The position numbers were made by a program, and so were the translations under genes. A stretch of 64,000 nucleotides of DNA. Source: Blastocatellia bacterium. Its GTDB lineage: Bacteria > Acidobacteriota > Blastocatellia > UBA7656. The stretch spans positions 1,120,001 through 1,184,000 of the forward strand of contig CAVXWP010000001.1 in NCBI GenBank assembly GCA_963765495.1, read 5' to 3'. Below are positions 18,983-28,204 of the stretch, piece after piece; the first letter of the stretch is position 1; each line of letters opens with the position of its first letter. The notes beneath the pieces are model-generated. The model was not told where the DNA came from. It did not search any database and was given only the letters and a program-made list of their open reading frames with translations.

Positions 18983-19624
18983 TTGTTAGAAGTGAAACCC
19001 CCTAGAAAATTAATTATGTCTTTGCTGCTCGTTGCGGCGGCTGTATCGCTTCCGGCCTGCGGAAAGAAGCCGGCTTATGACAATATTCAACTCAATCAAA
19101 ACAGCGCGCCTCAGCCGACTGATGCTGCCGCAAGCAATACCAGTGAGACGCAGCCCGACGCGCCCGCTCAACCCGAAGCGAACCCCCAGCCCGATCAAAC
19201 CGCTCCGGTTCCGGGGCAACCGCCTGCGGGACAACCGCAACCGGCGCCTGCTCAGCAGGGCGAGAGAAAGTTGCCGGATTTCGTCAATCCAAACACAGGG
19301 CAGATCAAAGACCTGCCCGATTATCCCAATGCTGTCAGGGTCAATGTGCAGGTTGGACCTGCATCCAGTGGCAAAATGGCTTCTGTCGTCATGCAGGCGA
19401 ATACCACTATAGAAGAGGTAGACAAGTTTTATGGGAAGGCGATAAAGAGCAACGGGTGGAGTGTGAATCGCGAAAGCCGCCAGCCGGATTCGATAAGAAT
19501 TGAACTCAAAAAAGGCGAGCTTCAGGAGGGGCTGATACAGATCATGAAATCTCCCCAGACCAGCAACATAACTATCTCACTGACTCGGCTCGAAAAGGAA
19601 GCGCCGCCAAAAGTGATCAAGTAA
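18983..19624 (+). CDS. Putative lipoprotein with Pro/Gln-rich linker, unknown function
   Basis: Hydrophobic stretch with lipobox-like LPA/C-GKK; PQ-rich linker; globular C-terminus; fills the pgk-tpiA gap; start could be 18983, 18992 or 19016. Confidence 0.75.
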   Translation: MLEVKPPRKLIMSLLLVAAAVSLPACGKKPAYDNIQLNQNSAPQPTDAAASNTSETQPDAPAQPEANPQPDQTAPVPGQPPAGQPQPAPAQQGERKLPDFVNPNTGQIKDLPDYPNAVRVNVQVGPASSGKMASVVMQANTTIEEVDKFYGKAIKSNGWSVNRESRQPDSIRIELKKGELQEGLIQIMKSPQTSNITISLTRLEKEAPPKVIK

Positions 19625-19650
19625 TCCCGCCCAGGATATTGGAAATTACC

Positions 19651-20415
19651 ATGCGAAGACCTGTCATAGCCGCAAACTGGAAGATGTACAAGACGATTTC
19701 TGAAGCGGTGGAATTCGTCCGAGAATTTAAGCCTCTTGTTGTGTCGTCAACTCACTCGGACATAGTGCTGGCCCCGCCCTTCACTTCGATGAAGGCGATA
19801 GCAGACCGCCTTGAAGGGTCGAATATAGCCGTCGGTGCGCAGGACGTGGCGGCAGAGGGTGGGCCGGGCGCATTCACCGGAGAAGTGTCTGCCGCGATGG
19901 TCAAAGATGCCGGGGCGAGTTACGCGATCATAGGTCATTCGGAGCGACGGCAATATTACTGCGAAACCGACGAATGGGTAAATCGTAAGATTAATTCTGC
20001 GACAAAGGCCGGACTCCTCCCCATAGTCTGTTGCGGAGAGCGGCTTGAAGATAGAGACTCGGGCCGAGCCGAAGATGTGGTAAAGCGGCAACTCGGCGAA
20101 GGATTGCAAAACTTGACAGTAGAGGAAGCCGCCCGTATCATTATCGCTTACGAGCCTATATGGGCAATCGGCACAGGGCGCACTGCAACACCGGAAACTG
20201 CCGAACATATGCACGCCTTTATCCGATCCCGCATACGCGAGATGTTTGGTGAAAAGGTGGCCGCAGATTTGAGAATAATCTACGGCGGCAGCGTGAAACC
20301 GGATAACATCGCCTCGCTGATGAGCGAGGCCGATATTGACGGCGCGCTGGTTGGCGGAGCAAGCCTTGAGGCGGGCTCGTTTGCGAAGATAGTAAATTAC
20401 AAAGAGAACAGGTAG
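19651..20415 (+). CDS. tpiA: Triose-phosphate isomerase
   Basis: ANWKM, GHSERR, AYEPIWAIGTG, YGGSVKP, DGALVGGASL. Confidence 0.99.
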   Translation: MRRPVIAANWKMYKTISEAVEFVREFKPLVVSSTHSDIVLAPPFTSMKAIADRLEGSNIAVGAQDVAAEGGPGAFTGEVSAAMVKDAGASYAIIGHSERRQYYCETDEWVNRKINSATKAGLLPIVCCGERLEDRDSGRAEDVVKRQLGEGLQNLTVEEAARIIIAYEPIWAIGTGRTATPETAEHMHAFIRSRIREMFGEKVAADLRIIYGGSVKPDNIASLMSEADIDGALVGGASLEAGSFAKIVNYKENR

Positions 20416-20423
20416 GTTTAATA

Positions 20424-20879
20424 GTGATTGGTTATATCTTAATGGCGCTTTATATTATTTCCTGTTTTGTCCTGATACTGTTCGTGCTTTTACAGCCGGG
20501 CAAATCGGATGCGGCAGCGGTTTTTGGCGGTGGTGCGAATTCGACGGCCTTCGGGCCGCGCGGCACGGCGACTGTGCTTGCGAAGGTGACTATAGGAGCT
20601 GCAATAGTATTCTTCTTAACGGCCTTCTTGTTTTCGATTCCCGGATTGTTTGCAAAACGCTCGCTCGGCGAAGGCGTAGGCCCCGCAGAGCAGACGGCCC
20701 CGGCCCCGCCCGCGACACCCCTTCCGGTGACGCCGGAATCCAGTGCGCCTCCGACCGCACAGCCCGGAGTGAATGATAAAGGGTCCACGACTGACTCAAC
20801 GTCGTCTACGGACAGCGGGGCGAAAAAGGAGCAACCGGCACCGCCAAAACAGGATTCTCAAAAGCCTCCGAACAAGTAG
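20424..20879 (+). CDS. secG: Preprotein translocase subunit SecG with low-complexity tail
   Basis: Two TM segments, VLLQPGK..FGGG..FG; conserved tpiA-secG-tRNA-Leu synteny. Confidence 0.93.
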   Translation: MIGYILMALYIISCFVLILFVLLQPGKSDAAAVFGGGANSTAFGPRGTATVLAKVTIGAAIVFFLTAFLFSIPGLFAKRSLGEGVGPAEQTAPAPPATPLPVTPESSAPPTAQPGVNDKGSTTDSTSSTDSGAKKEQPAPPKQDSQKPPNK

Positions 20880-20959
20880 CTAGCGATTTATTAGCGGCAA
20901 AAGCAAAGACGGTTTGCAGTTGGGAAGTAAGCATTGTTGTTTGAGAGATTGAATTTTTT

Positions 20960-21041
20960 GGGGATGTGGCGGAACAGGTAGACGCGCACGTTTGAGGGGC
21001 GTGTGGGGCAACCCGTGAGAGTTCGAGTCTCTCCATCCCCA
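20960..21041 (+). tRNA. tRNA-Leu(GAG)
   Basis: Acceptor stem GGGGATG/CATCCCC+A; D-arm GCGGAACAGGTAGACGC; anticodon loop TT-GAG-GG; long variable arm; GTTCGAGT T-loop; CCA not encoded. Confidence 0.96.
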
Positions 21042-21113
21042 TTGACAAAACATTATCAGTGCATCTGGGACAAGTAATTCCTTCGGCACCAATTACATCT
21101 CTATTTTATAGAT

Positions 21114-21143
21114 AGGCCTGAGCCAGAAAGCTCAGGCTTATTT
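21114..21143 (+). terminator. Putative intrinsic terminator after tRNA-Leu
   Basis: AGGCCTGAGC-cagaaa-GCTCAGGCTT followed by ATTT. Confidence 0.6.
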
Positions 21144-21172
21144 CATTACCGGCCTATTTCCATCTAACCGAA

Positions 21173-21201
21173 TTGACACCTGCAAAGCGTGACCATATTA
21201 T
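21173..21201 (+). promoter_or_regulatory. sigma70 promoter of the DUF47-pit operon (TTGACA-N17-TATTAT)
   Basis: Near-consensus -35 and -10 with a 17-nt spacer. Confidence 0.7.
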
Positions 21202-21210
21202 TAACAGCCT

Positions 21211-21238
21211 TGTTACGTGTTTGTTAATAAAATGTAAA
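21211..21238 (+). promoter_or_regulatory. Pho-box-like direct repeats with 11-bp period
   Basis: TGTTAC (21211), TGTTAA (21222) and TGTAAA (21233) between the promoter and RBS of a phosphate transport operon. Confidence 0.5.
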
Positions 21239-21248
21239 GAGAGGTGTT

Positions 21249-21860
21249 ATGGGGCTGTTTCCGCGAGACGAGAAATACTTCGGCCTGCTCAGCCAACTGG
21301 CGGGCAAAGTTCGGCAGGGTGGCGAACTGTTTGTGAAGTTATTCCAGGATTACGAGAATCACGCCGGATACGCCGATCAGATCAAGCAGATAGAGTTGGA
21401 ATGCGATGATCTTGCGGCAAAGATCACGGCGAAGTTGAATTCAAGCTTTATTACGCCCATTGATCGAGAAGATATATTTCTGCTCGTCACGGAACTCGAT
21501 GACGTGATTGATATGACTAATGATCTGGCGCGCAGGCTTGAGACATACGGAGTGGCTGCGCCAAAGCCGGAAGCCATAGAGGTGGCCGGTCTTCTGGGCC
21601 GGGCCACGGCTGAGATCGAGAGCGCGTTCCTTATGCTTGAGCAACACGAAGCAATGAACGAACACCTCCGAACTATAAGCCAGCTTGAGAAACGCGCCGA
21701 CTCGCTTTTCAGCGATGCGATTCGCCGTCTCTTCAGAGAAGAGAAGGACCCCATCGAAGTCATAAAATGGAAATCCATCTTTGAAGAACTCGAAGAATCT
21801 GTTGACCGATGCAAGGATGTGGCCGAGGTGCTTGAGGCCGTCATGGTTAAAAACAAATGA
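21249..21860 (+). CDS. DUF47 / PhoU-like phosphate transport regulator
   Basis: FITPIDREDI, LEKRADS, LEESVDRCKDVA; directly upstream of pit. Confidence 0.93.
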   Translation: MGLFPRDEKYFGLLSQLAGKVRQGGELFVKLFQDYENHAGYADQIKQIELECDDLAAKITAKLNSSFITPIDREDIFLLVTELDDVIDMTNDLARRLETYGVAAPKPEAIEVAGLLGRATAEIESAFLMLEQHEAMNEHLRTISQLEKRADSLFSDAIRRLFREEKDPIEVIKWKSIFEELEESVDRCKDVAEVLEAVMVKNK

Positions 21861-21972
21861 TCCGTGATCCGTGATTGTCAGGCAGGCCATCTGTTAAAGA
21901 TGACTTGCAAACCTGCCGTATCAGCATCACGCATCACGTATCACGCATCACGTATCACGTATCACCTATCAC
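21858..21972. repeat. Heptamer-armed hairpin element, GTGA/TCAC family, copy 5
   Basis: (TGATCCG)2 left arm starting at the DUF47 stop codon; 52-nt core; about seven TCACG(C/T)A-type units on the right. Confidence 0.9.
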
Positions 21973-21990
21973 TTCTGGAGGTCCAATCCT

Positions 21991-23022
21991 ATGACAACGC
22001 TGATGGCGTTTGTCGTAACTATAATCCTAGTCGCCCTCATTTTTGATTACGTCAACGGATTTCACGACGCAGCCAATTCGATTGCGACCGTAGTATCAAC
22101 GAGAGTGCTTTCGCCGGGGATAGCTGTAATCTGGGCGGCATTTTTCAATTTTATTGCCTTCCTGGTATTCGGGACCCGTGTGGCCAAAACCATCGGCGGC
22201 GACATGATCAACATCAAACTTATTGCCGAAGAGTGGCAGTTGTGGGCATTGATGTGTGGCCTCCTGGGGGCGATCATCTGGAATATTATTACCTGGTATT
22301 ACGGTCTGCCGTCGAGTTCCTCGCACGCGCTCATAGGCGGATACGCAGGCGCGTCCGTGGCCGCGCATGGCGGTTTTAGCGGTCTCTTTATAGCCACAGG
22401 ATGGATAAAGACAATAGCCTTCATATTCATCTCGCCGCTTGTCGGCATGTTTCTGGGATTTTCGTTTATGGTCGCCATAATGTGGATTTTCCGCCGTCGT
22501 TCGCCCGACCGTGTTGACAGCATATTTCGCAAGATGCAATTGATGTCGGCGGCGCTTTTCAGCCTCGGACATGGCGGAAACGACGCGCAAAAGACCATGG
22601 GCATCATTGCCGCCGTACTCGTAGCCTCAAATATCAATGCCGGTGCGACAAAAGAGATACCGCTCTGGGTGGTCCTGGTCTGCCACGCGGCCATCGGGCT
22701 GGGAACCCTTTCAGGCGGCTGGCGCATAGTCCATACGATGGGGTCGCGCATAACCAAACTCAAGCCCGTGGGCGGGTTCGCCGCTGAATCCGCCGGAGCT
22801 ACCACCATGTTTATGGCTACCTTTGGCGGCATACCCGTAAGCACTACGCATACGATAACGGGAGCCATCATGGGCGTAGGCTCTACCCGAAGGCTTTCCG
22901 CCGTGCGATGGGGGGTCGCAAGGACGGTCATCTGGGCCTGGGTACTGACCATACCTCTTTCGGCGCTGATTGCTGCCCTCTGCTTTTACCTCGTTCAATT
23001 CGCCGATAAAGCGATAAAGTAG
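21991..23022 (+). CDS. pit: Inorganic phosphate transporter, PiT family
   Basis: GFHDAANSIAT, GLPSSSSHA, HGGNDAQKTMG, PVSTTH. Confidence 0.95.
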   Translation: MTTLMAFVVTIILVALIFDYVNGFHDAANSIATVVSTRVLSPGIAVIWAAFFNFIAFLVFGTRVAKTIGGDMINIKLIAEEWQLWALMCGLLGAIIWNIITWYYGLPSSSSHALIGGYAGASVAAHGGFSGLFIATGWIKTIAFIFISPLVGMFLGFSFMVAIMWIFRRRSPDRVDSIFRKMQLMSAALFSLGHGGNDAQKTMGIIAAVLVASNINAGATKEIPLWVVLVCHAAIGLGTLSGGWRIVHTMGSRITKLKPVGGFAAESAGATTMFMATFGGIPVSTTHTITGAIMGVGSTRRLSAVRWGVARTVIWAWVLTIPLSALIAALCFYLVQFADKAIK

Positions 23023-23127
23023 TCCGTAGTCCGTGGTCCGTTGCCCGCCGTTTGCCGCAGAGTATTCGTTATCAGGAATTCGCAATTTTACAACACACCA
23101 CGAACCACGGATCACGGACAAAGGACA
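23020..23127. repeat. Heptamer-armed hairpin element, TAGTCCG/ACGGAC family
   Basis: TAGTCCG-TAGTCCG-TGGTCCG left arm starting at the pit stop codon; CCACGAA-CCACGGA-TCACGGA-CAAAGGA right arm. Confidence 0.7.
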
Positions 23128-23522
23128 CAGGGCTTATCAGAGATTATTATTGACATGCCACGAGCCTGATGTTACAAGGTTATCGGCTATAAGGCTGACC
23201 GAATATTCTGTCTTTGCCGTTCCCCACGGCCATTCAATCAGAGATCGGAGCAGCCCGGTTAGTTTTCAAACTGCCCCTGCGGTTACTGAGCTGTTATCTG
23301 TCGAACAGGTCGCTTCCCCCAGAAGTCTCTCAGTTAGCAAACAATTTATAAGTTACCAATAGCGCGCCCGCCCCCCAGGGTTTGTGGACGCGGGTGAAAG
23401 GTTTTCGGCGTATTACGCCGATTATCACGGGTGCACGGCAGGCAAGAAAGCTTGCGTTGCCGGAACCCTTCGAAAGGTGACTCCGCCTCGAATCAACAGC
23501 GAAGGCGGAACATTGTTTTAAT

Positions 23523-25262
23523 ATGTCGGCTAAACTGGGAGAGACCCTCCTAAAAGACAATCTAATAACGCCGCAGCAACTCAAAGAGGCGCTTGACTAT
23601 CAACGAGTCAACGGTGGCCGGCTCGCCTCTACGCTGGTTAAGCTCGGCATGCTATCGGATGAAGAAGTCACTGCCGTGCTGTCTCGCCAGTACGGCGTGC
23701 CCTCGGTCAATCTGGATCTGTTCGAAATTGATCCTGCGGCAGTGGCGCTCGTGCCTCAAGAGACTGCCGAACGTTACTGCGTGCTTCCGCTCTCTCGTGT
23801 CGGGGCTACGCTCACACTTGCCATGGTGGACCCGACCAATGTCTTTGCCATAGACGATATAAAGTTTATGACCGGGCTCTCGGTAGAGCCTGTCGTGGTC
23901 AGTGAAAACACTCTGCTTGCGGCAATCGCAAAGTATTACGGCACGTCACGCGAGATCGAACTTGCCCGCGTGATGGAAGACCTCGTCGCCGAGACCACAG
24001 GTAAGAACGATTACGGCGAGGAACTGGACCAGCTTGAACTTGAAGACGAAGAAGAGATAGACCTCGAAAATCTTGAGAGGATGGCCGAGGACGCTCCCGT
24101 CGTCAAACTTGTAAACGTCATACTGGTTGACGCGCTTCGACGCGGCGCTTCCGATATTCATATCGAGCCCTACGAAAAAGAGTTCCGCGTGCGCTTCCGC
24201 ATGGACGGTGTGCTTTACAACATAATGAATCCGCCGCTCAAGATGCGCGATGCGCTCACGTCAAGGATGAAGATCATGGCGCGACTCGACATCGCCGAAA
24301 AGCGTCTTCCGCAGGACGGGCGCATAAAGCTCAGAGTGCGACTCGACAATCGTTCGCGCGAACTGGATTTTCGCGTCTCGACACTGCCGACCATCTTCGG
24401 CGAAAAGATGGTGCTGCGCCTGCTCGATAAAGAGAACCTGCGGTTAGATATGACCAAGCTTGGCTTCGAAGCTGAAAGCCTTGACAAATTCAAACGCAAC
24501 ATCTCTAAACCATACGGCATGGTGCTTGTCACAGGGCCTACGGGGTCGGGCAAGACCTCTACGCTTTATTCCGCGCTTCAGAGCCTGAACACGCCGGAAA
24601 CAAATATAATGACCGCCGAAGACCCCGTAGAATTCAATCTGCCCGGCGTCAATCAGGTGCAGATGAAAGAGTCTATCGGGCTCAATTTCGCAGCCGCCCT
24701 GCGTTCGTTCCTCAGACAGGACCCGAACATCATACTGGTAGGTGAAATCCGGGATTTCGAAACCGCCGAGATAGGCGTCAAGGCCGCGCTCACAGGCCAT
24801 CTGGTCTTATCAACGCTTCATACCAACGACGCGCCTTCGACCATCAGCCGTTTAATGAACATGGGTATTGAGCCGTTTCTTGTGGCTACGTCTGTGAACC
24901 TGATTCAGGCTCAACGCCTCGTGCGCAGGATATGCAAGGATTGCAAGGTCGACCTGGCCGCGCCCGATGAGGCGATGATTGACGTGGGGTTTGCCGCAAG
25001 CGAAGTGGGCAATATAAAGACATTCAAGGGAACCGGATGCCCCAGTTGCAACGGGACCGGATACAAGGGCCGCGTGGGGCTCTATGAAGTTATGGAGATA
25101 ACCGACGAGGTGCGCGAATTGATTCTGGTCGGGGCGTCGGGCCTCGAACTGCGCCGCAAGGCGATTGAAGAGGGAATGCTGACCCTCAGAATGAGCGGCC
25201 TTGAAAAGATACGTCAGGGACTGACAACCATCGAGGAAGTGGTGAGAGAAACAGTGAAATGA
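23523..25262 (+). CDS. pilB: Type IV-A pilus assembly ATPase PilB
   Basis: MshEN-like N-terminus, ASDIHIEP, GPTGSGKTS, LRQDPNIILVGEIRD, tetracysteine motif; pilB-T-C-S-R synteny. Confidence 0.96.
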   Translation: MSAKLGETLLKDNLITPQQLKEALDYQRVNGGRLASTLVKLGMLSDEEVTAVLSRQYGVPSVNLDLFEIDPAAVALVPQETAERYCVLPLSRVGATLTLAMVDPTNVFAIDDIKFMTGLSVEPVVVSENTLLAAIAKYYGTSREIELARVMEDLVAETTGKNDYGEELDQLELEDEEEIDLENLERMAEDAPVVKLVNVILVDALRRGASDIHIEPYEKEFRVRFRMDGVLYNIMNPPLKMRDALTSRMKIMARLDIAEKRLPQDGRIKLRVRLDNRSRELDFRVSTLPTIFGEKMVLRLLDKENLRLDMTKLGFEAESLDKFKRNISKPYGMVLVTGPTGSGKTSTLYSALQSLNTPETNIMTAEDPVEFNLPGVNQVQMKESIGLNFAAALRSFLRQDPNIILVGEIRDFETAEIGVKAALTGHLVLSTLHTNDAPSTISRLMNMGIEPFLVATSVNLIQAQRLVRRICKDCKVDLAAPDEAMIDVGFAASEVGNIKTFKGTGCPSCNGTGYKGRVGLYEVMEITDEVRELILVGASGLELRRKAIEEGMLTLRMSGLEKIRQGLTTIEEVVRETVK

Positions 25263-25317
25263 TTTTATATTTTGGATTTTGGATTGGCGGCTAATCTAAA
25301 ATCTAAAATCCAAAATC
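25261..25317. repeat. Heptamer-armed hairpin, ATTTTGG/CCAAAAT family
   Basis: GATTTTATATTTTGGATTTTGGATT-ggcggct-AATCTAAAATCTAAAATCCAAAATC between pilB and pilT. Confidence 0.85.
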
Positions 25318-25329
25318 CCGGGAGGGAAA

Positions 25330-26496
25330 ATGCCAGAGATTGTTTTGAGTGATTTGTTGAGGAAGATGATCGAGATGGGCGGGTCTGACCTGCACATTAC
25401 GACCAATTCTTCGCCAATGGTCCGGGTGCACGGTGTGCTCAGGCCGCTTGAATTTGGGGAGCTATCCCCGGCCGATACGAAGCAACTGGCCTATTCTGTG
25501 TTGACCGACGCGCAGAAGCATCGCTTCGAAGAGACGCTGGAACTCGATTTCTCGTTCGGCATCAAGGGGCTGTCGCGTTTTCGCGCAAACATCTTCAACC
25601 AGCGGGGCGCGGTCGGCGCGGTATTTCGATCAATCCCGTACGAAATAAAATCATTTGAAGAGTTGGGACTGCCGGCGGTGATCGAAAAGCTTTGCGAGAA
25701 GCCACGCGGCTTGATTCTGGTCACAGGGCCTACGGGGTCGGGCAAATCGACTACGCTCGCGGCTATGATAGACAAGGTCAATCGTGACCGACACGAGCAC
25801 ATCATAACGGTCGAAGACCCGATTGAGTATCTGCATTCGCACAAGAGCTGCCTGGTGAATCAGCGTGAAGTACACGCCGACACACACTCGTTTTCAAACG
25901 CGCTCAGAGCGGCGCTTCGCCAGGACCCGGATGTTGTGCTCATCGGCGAAATGCGCGACCTCGAAACCACCGAGACCGCGCTCCGCATAGCCGAGACCGG
26001 CCACCTGACCTTTGCCACTCTGCACACCAATTCCGCGGCGTCTTCGATCAACCGCGTGATAGACATTTTCCCCGCGCACCAGCAGTCACAAATACGAACG
26101 CAACTTTCGATGGTGCTCGAAGGGATTGTCACTCAGGCCCTGCTTCCGAAAGCAAACGGACAGGGTCGCGTGCTTGCTATGGAGATACTGATTCCGAATT
26201 CCGCCATAAGAAACCTTGTGCGCGAAGATAAGGTCCACCAGATTTACTCGATGATGCAGACGGGCCAGGAAAAATACGGAATGCAGACCTTCAATCAGGC
26301 GCTTGCGAGCCTCTATTTCAAGCGGCAGATAACGCTTGAGATGGCTATGATGCGTTCGGGAGTACCGGACGAACTTCAGGATTTGATAAGTCGCGGGGCC
26401 GCCGCTCTGCAAACCGGCCAGCCGCAAATGGGAGCCCGGTCCGGCCAGGCGCAAGGCAACAGGCCGCTTTCGCCGCTCGGACGTGTGGGAAGATAG
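25330..26496 (+). CDS. pilT: Type IV pilus retraction ATPase PilT
   Basis: SDLHI, GPTGSGKSTT, ALRQDPDV, AETGHL, AIRNLVRE (AIRNLIRE motif), GMQT. Confidence 0.97.
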   Translation: MPEIVLSDLLRKMIEMGGSDLHITTNSSPMVRVHGVLRPLEFGELSPADTKQLAYSVLTDAQKHRFEETLELDFSFGIKGLSRFRANIFNQRGAVGAVFRSIPYEIKSFEELGLPAVIEKLCEKPRGLILVTGPTGSGKSTTLAAMIDKVNRDRHEHIITVEDPIEYLHSHKSCLVNQREVHADTHSFSNALRAALRQDPDVVLIGEMRDLETTETALRIAETGHLTFATLHTNSAASSINRVIDIFPAHQQSQIRTQLSMVLEGIVTQALLPKANGQGRVLAMEILIPNSAIRNLVREDKVHQIYSMMQTGQEKYGMQTFNQALASLYFKRQITLEMAMMRSGVPDELQDLISRGAAALQTGQPQMGARSGQAQGNRPLSPLGRVGR

Positions 26497-26500
26497 CATA

Positions 26501-26628
26501 AGGGATGAGGGATGAGGGATGAGGGATGAAAAGGACTCTTAGTAATTATCATATTGATTACGGAACTGCCTGTATGACATTGCGTGGTCAGGCTCCTTTT
26601 CATCCCTCATCCCTCATCCCTCATCCCT
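26501..26628. repeat. Heptamer-armed hairpin, GGGATGA/TCATCCC family, copy 1
   Basis: Perfect 35-bp inverted repeat, A(GGGATGA)4AAAGGA at 26501-26535 versus 26594-26628, with a 58-nt spacer. Confidence 0.95.
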
Positions 26629-26681
26629 CAAGAGTTGCCCCTTTAGCAGAATGCTAAACAAAAAATCAGTGAGGTTGTAAA

Positions 26682-27908
26682 ATGCCGACTTATGTATTTA
26701 AGGGTCGTAATCGTTTGAACGAAATAGTCGTCGGCGAGCGGGTGGCAGCAGACCGTGGGACGCTTGAGGCGATGTTGCGCCGAGAGCAGGTCATCCTGAC
26801 CAGCGCGCGCGAAAAAGGGCGCGAGATCAGCTTGCCAAAAGTGGGACGCGAAAAGGTAAAGAGCAAAGACCTGGCGCTGTTCACCCGGCAATTCTCCGTC
26901 ATGCTCGATGCGGGTCTCCCGCTCGTGCAATGTCTGGAGATACTCGGCCAGCAGCAGGACAACAAATATTTTCAGAAGGTAATTTTCCAAACGCGCAGCG
27001 ATGTGGAATCCGGTATGACGCTGGCAGACGCTATGGCCAAACACCCTCGCGTGTTTGAATCGCTCTACACCAATATGGTGGCGGCAGGCGAGACCGGCGG
27101 TATACTCGACATCATCCTCCAGCGCCTGTCAACTTACCTGGAAAAGATGGTCAAGTTGAAGAGCGATGTCAAGAGCGCGTTGATCTATCCTATAGCGGTC
27201 ATTGTCATCTCGATATTGGTGATTTCGGTAATCATGATCGTGGTCATCCCGGCCTTCAAGAATATATTCGAAGGTTTACTGGGGCCGGGCGAAAAATTGC
27301 CCTGGCTGACGGAATTCGTCGTCATGATATCGCAATTTATGGCCGGTTACTGGTGGCTGATAGGCATCGTGATCGGCATCTTTGTCTTCGCCATGAAGGC
27401 CTGGTACAAGACCGAAAAGGGCCAGCGCATAATTGATAGTATTATGTTGAAGCTGCCGGTTTTCGGCCCTATCCTGAGAAAGATTGCCATCGCGCGATTC
27501 AGCCGTACGCTCGGCACGTTGCTCTCTTCGGGCGTTCCGATACTCGAATCTCTCGACATCACTGCACGCACAGCGGGCAACGTAGTCGTAGGCGAGGCGA
27601 TCACGAAAGTGCGCGTAGGCGTAGAGCAGGGACAAACATTCGTCGAGCCGCTCAAGGCTACCGAGATATTTCCCGTTATGGTCAGCCAGATGATAGGCGT
27701 AGGCGAACAGACCGGCGCGCTCGATGCGATGTTGTCAAAGATAGCCGACTTTTACGAGCAGGAAGTCGACGCGGCAATCGCAAACCTGTTGAGCCTGATG
27801 GAGCCTGCGATGATCCTGTTCCTCGGCGTCACGATAGGAACTATCGTCATAGCGATGTATCTGCCGCTCTTCACACTTATCGGCAAACTCGCGGGCGGGG
27901 GGCACTGA
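26682..27908 (+). CDS. pilC: Type IV pilus platform protein PilC
   Basis: FTRQFSVMLDAGLPL, AGETGGILD, GEQTGALDAML, AMYLPLF. Confidence 0.95.
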   Translation: MPTYVFKGRNRLNEIVVGERVAADRGTLEAMLRREQVILTSAREKGREISLPKVGREKVKSKDLALFTRQFSVMLDAGLPLVQCLEILGQQQDNKYFQKVIFQTRSDVESGMTLADAMAKHPRVFESLYTNMVAAGETGGILDIILQRLSTYLEKMVKLKSDVKSALIYPIAVIVISILVISVIMIVVIPAFKNIFEGLLGPGEKLPWLTEFVVMISQFMAGYWWLIGIVIGIFVFAMKAWYKTEKGQRIIDSIMLKLPVFGPILRKIAIARFSRTLGTLLSSGVPILESLDITARTAGNVVVGEAITKVRVGVEQGQTFVEPLKATEIFPVMVSQMIGVGEQTGALDAMLSKIADFYEQEVDAAIANLLSLMEPAMILFLGVTIGTIVIAMYLPLFTLIGKLAGGGH

Positions 27909-28008
27909 AAAAAGAGCATCGGGGAGCTGTGGGGCAGCCACGATAAATGTATCCATTCAGGCTGCTCCTATCCCCCCTTGCTTCGGTCCCAAGGTCGGCT
28001 TGAAGGTC

Positions 28009-28037
28009 TTGAGCCGGATTCCGGTGCGTGGTATAGT
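28009..28037 (+). promoter_or_regulatory. Putative sigma70 promoter upstream of pilS (TTGAGC-N17-TATAGT, TGn extended)
   Basis: Motif in the pilC-pilS gap. Confidence 0.5.
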
Positions 28038-28204
28038 CGGTGACGACTTTTTGAATTCATGCCTCTAAACTGTTTCTCGGTTGTAAGCGGGATGATTTGG
28101 GGTTGACCGCAAGTCGGTTCGTCCGGCTGCCGAAGGGCGTTCCAACACAAAGGCCGATAACTGAATTCGTTAAAGCCATGTGATGGACATCACGTGATTG
28201 TGTT

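Noticed and set aside
21042-21248. Possible integrative element at the tRNA-Leu 3' end
   Set aside because: No integrase and no duplicated tRNA 3' end seen; housekeeping genes follow.
21858-21972. Heptamer arrays as CRISPR
   Set aside because: Period of 7 with no unique spacers, and no cas genes in the window.
23033-23362. 109-aa ORF in the pit-pilB gap
   Set aside because: Starts inside a repeat arm, has no RBS and no protein-like motifs.
23430-23510. c-di-GMP-I (GEMM) riboswitch upstream of pilB
   Set aside because: Lacks the GGCAAA..GAAA..GACGCAAAG arrangement; kept only as an unassigned structured leader.
27920-27980. G-rich/C-rich imperfect inverted repeat after pilC
   Set aside because: Could be a terminator or a decayed repeat element, but is too degenerate to assign.
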